From: Elainellaceae cyanobacterium
Lineage (GTDB): Bacteria > Cyanobacteriota > Cyanobacteriia > CAZCXK01
DNA: 26,914 bases
Direction of reading: 5' to 3'
NCBI GenBank assembly: GCA_051117555.1
Contig: JBNPEG010000210.1
Location: 1-26,914 of the forward strand
Each line of letters opens with the position of its first letter. The first letter of the stretch is position 1. Shown here one piece after another: positions 24,487-26,914 of the stretch. Under the pieces are notes generated by a model. That model worked only from the letters and a program-made list of their open reading frames with translations, was not told where the DNA came from and searched no databases. The position numbers and the translations under genes are program-made.

Positions 24487-26715
24487 TCACACGGTTAACA
24501 ACCGATTTTCAATCTCCTCCCAGGTTTTCTTAGAGACACGCACGGCGGCGTCCTTGCAGTCGATTAATAGCTTTGTGGCATACAGATAGTCACTGACAAC
24601 TTCCCATTCTTGAGTTGAAAGATTGATCAGATCTGGCGTGAGCTGAAGGCCACCGAGCCAAGTTTCCCAAATAGCATCAGCGAAGGTTTGCCGGGTTTGA
24701 GAAGAGTCTTCTACGCCTGGCATTCTTGCTCTTAACCCTTCTAGTCTGGCTGTTGCTTGAGTCAGCGATTCGTTGTTGAAAATCCCAAGACGATGAAGGC
24801 TATCGTTGCTGTTGTTGGCGCTGTCGCTGGCTTTGACTCTGACTATGGCGCTGGTGATGGCACTGGCACTGGCGCTGGCGATGTCGATGCCAATAACGAT
24901 GTCGCTGGCTCTGGCTTTAGCTCTGGCTTTGACGCTGGCTCTGTCGATGACGCTGGCTTTGGCTTTGGCTCTGGCTCTGGCTATGTCGCTGTCGATGACG
25001 CTGGCTTTGACGTTGGCTCTGTCGATGACGCTAGCTTTGGCACTGGCTTTGGCACTGGCGCTGGCGCTGGCTTTGGTTATGTCGTCGGCTCTGGCGATGT
25101 CGATAGCTGTGACGATGTCGCTGGCGATCGCCAGCGCAGCAGCTCGTTTTGACAGTCCTTTATAGTCGCCTGTTGAATTTGCGGTTGCATGCTCGGCCCA
25201 TTGAACAAGTTGCTTGGCTTTTTCAGAGGTATTGATGAGGGTACGAGCCTGTCGTTCGATTTGAAACAGCAAATCGTTGACGCCGCTGCCCATCATGCCT
25301 GCAACCAATAAGAACACTTCGCGCCAGCGTTCATCGGTCAGGTGCTCTCTGATCACAATGCCGAATATCCGATGCTTGTCGATATAGAGCGCGGTGAGAT
25401 ATTCCTGCAAGGTCAGGTGAGAAAAGGAGTAAACATCTTCAGCCCGTTCGACCAAAATGCCCTGCTGCACTTCGATGGCATTTAAGACGGATTTGCCATT
25501 GAGATTGTTGGGAGTATCCAGTGTGTCTGACAAGAAATCAGTGATTTGCGCAATCACATCTCCTTCGGAGAAGAACAATTGGTCGTTTTTGAAGTTGCAA
25601 TAGGCGATTTCGGCCAGCAGTTCTTTTTCAAGTCCGGTATGAAACCCTTCATAAATCGGATTTCGCTCTAGTCGCTTTTCAGCAGCCCATTCTTCTAGCA
25701 AGATGTCGAGGGCTTTGCCGTATAAGACGCTGCGATTGCTCGGCAAGTTTTGCGAACGGTCATAGACAAGGCAAATAAAGGTCAGCAACAAGGGAGTTTG
25801 CGCTAGTTCTTTGGCGGCAGCATTTTCAGGGCGTTGTAAAAGATCCCAGCAACGCTGAGCAGTGCCGCTTTGTTGGTCGAGTTCGGAGCGAAACCAGTTG
25901 CTAATAAACTGCTCGATCTGGTCCTCATCAAACTCAGCAATGGCAACGCTGGTAAACCGCTTAAAGAAGTTGTGATAGGCAGCAATGCGACACGAAGTAA
26001 TGAACCGATTTTGGTCGTATTGAGCGACAAAGTCTTCAATACTCCGAATAACCTGGGTGAGATTGCGGCTAGGGACTTCGTCTAATCCATCAAGCAAGAT
26101 GAGCAGCTTGCCGTGCTTCAGGTGATGGTTTGTTGTGCCTTCTGGATCAGGGAAGCCGCAGGCAGAAAATTCGGCAATAATCTGTTGCTCAACGTTGATT
26201 GTGTCAGAGTCAAATCGCTTGAGTTCTAAAAATACGGGAATTTTGGCATGGCGATATTCACCTTGTTTGTTTTTAAGTGCTTCTAAACCCGTGCGTCTGA
26301 GAAACGTAGATTTGCCAATGCCAGGACTGCCAAGTACGGTCAAAAACTGCTGCTTATTAGCGACATCAATGCCTCGTTGTTTTTGTCTCTCGTCTCGCCG
26401 AAAGCCTCGCCGATTGCTCCCACGGTATGACGTTTCAAGAGATTCAACTGTCTCATACCCTTTGAGTTCGCTGGCGTCTAGAAGCCGAACGGCTGTGTAG
26501 ATTTGTTCGAGTGGTATGGGCTGCGACATGCCCAAGACGTTGAGATTGCCGTGGCGGTCTTGATATTTTTTGACATACTGCCGTGATGCGTCAAAAACCT
26601 TCTGCTTAATGGGTTCATCAATCGATCGATTTCCCATCTCGCCCAATGTTTTGACGACGAGTCCGGCGATCGCATTGATAGCGGGTATGAGCCAAAGCGG
26701 TTCTGAACCTGTCAT
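24487..26715 (-). CDS. NACHT domain STAND NTPase with a C-terminal low-complexity tract and helical domain
   Basis: Walker A GSPGIGKST, Walker B LILLDGLDE, ITSCR, TPLLL, YSFSHLTLQEYL.A, RWREVFLL, C-terminal YLYA..LL.DC...A..VS...WEEIE.RLL. Confidence 0.93.
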   Translation of the reverse strand: MTGSEPLWLIPAINAIAGLVVKTLGEMGNRSIDEPIKQKVFDASRQYVKKYQDRHGNLNVLGMSQPIPLEQIYTAVRLLDASELKGYETVESLETSYRGSNRRGFRRDERQKQRGIDVANKQQFLTVLGSPGIGKSTFLRRTGLEALKNKQGEYRHAKIPVFLELKRFDSDTINVEQQIIAEFSACGFPDPEGTTNHHLKHGKLLILLDGLDEVPSRNLTQVIRSIEDFVAQYDQNRFITSCRIAAYHNFFKRFTSVAIAEFDEDQIEQFISNWFRSELDQQSGTAQRCWDLLQRPENAAAKELAQTPLLLTFICLVYDRSQNLPSNRSVLYGKALDILLEEWAAEKRLERNPIYEGFHTGLEKELLAEIAYCNFKNDQLFFSEGDVIAQITDFLSDTLDTPNNLNGKSVLNAIEVQQGILVERAEDVYSFSHLTLQEYLTALYIDKHRIFGIVIREHLTDERWREVFLLVAGMMGSGVNDLLFQIERQARTLINTSEKAKQLVQWAEHATANSTGDYKGLSKRAAALAIASDIVTAIDIARADDITKASASASAKASAKASVIDRANVKASVIDSDIARARAKAKASVIDRASVKARAKARASDIVIGIDIASASASAITSAIVRVKASDSANNSNDSLHRLGIFNNESLTQATARLEGLRARMPGVEDSSQTRQTFADAIWETWLGGLQLTPDLINLSTQEWEVVSDYLYATKLLIDCKDAAVRVSKKTWEEIENRLLTV
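24800..25136 (-). repeat. Hexamer-periodic low-complexity tract (GCCAGC/GCCAAA/GCCAGA/GACATC) inside the NACHT gene
   Basis: Encodes ASASASAKASAKASVIDRA..., with KASVID recurring three times. Confidence 0.9.
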
Positions 26716-26914
26716 AGTCTATGGGCTGTTGAGATTTGCTTCTAAGATACGTCAGAGACTTTCAGGAGCGATCGCTCGTCTGATAGAAGATGAAGACATC
26801 ATATCTGTAGCGACTTGGCTCAGAAGGGGGCGATCCGGGGTTCATGGATTCAGAGCCTAGAGTTTTTCGTTAGCCAAATTGTAGCCATGAATGGATGCGC
26901 CTGTCTCGTGAGGC

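Noticed and set aside
24757..25165. Plus-strand ORFs (Gly/Asp-rich 131 aa and Leu-Ala-rich 119 aa)
   Set aside because: Antisense shadows of the stop-poor hexamer tract within the NACHT gene.
24487..26715. DGR target or variable region in the NACHT gene
   Set aside because: No reverse transcriptase and no template/variable repeat pair with adenine-specific differences in the window.
3266..26860. Remaining short alternative-frame and antisense ORFs in the track
   Set aside because: They overlap well-supported genes or repeats and show no recognisable motifs.
26857..26913. Possible 3' end of a minus-strand gene (PHETGASIHGYNLANEKL*)
   Set aside because: Only 18 codons are visible and I cannot identify them.

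Overview
Cyanobacterial DNA, judged from more than 30 HIP1 octamers (GCGATCGC), NtcA-type sites, a Uma2 gene and cyanobacterial-style dispersed repeats. The window opens at the right end of an IS110-family element that interrupts an SH3-domain gene. Next come a degenerate 21-bp-periodic array bracketed by HIP1 sites and a Uma2 gene. About 3.1-22.0 kb is a catabolic cluster: three CntA/choline-monooxygenase-like Rieske oxygenase alpha subunits with no reductase, two NitT/TauT-type ABC transporters (one split over three loci), an SDR, a leaderless RbsB-fold protein, RidA, an LmrA-like TetR, an acetamidase/formamidase, an SfnB/DszC-like flavin enzyme, a MOSC protein, a 2-hydroxyacid dehydrogenase and a cysteine hydrolase. 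Several promoters carry NtcA boxes, so I infer a nitrogen-scavenging pathway for unknown, probably N-alkylated, substrates. An internally deleted, inverted paralog of the cysteine hydrolase lies at the left edge of the cluster. Intergenic spaces hold many MITE/REP-like elements. The right end encodes a secreted 16-aa-repeat protein, acetate kinase and a NACHT NTPase with a hexamer-repeat tract. All calls come from motif recognition by eye; no searches were run.
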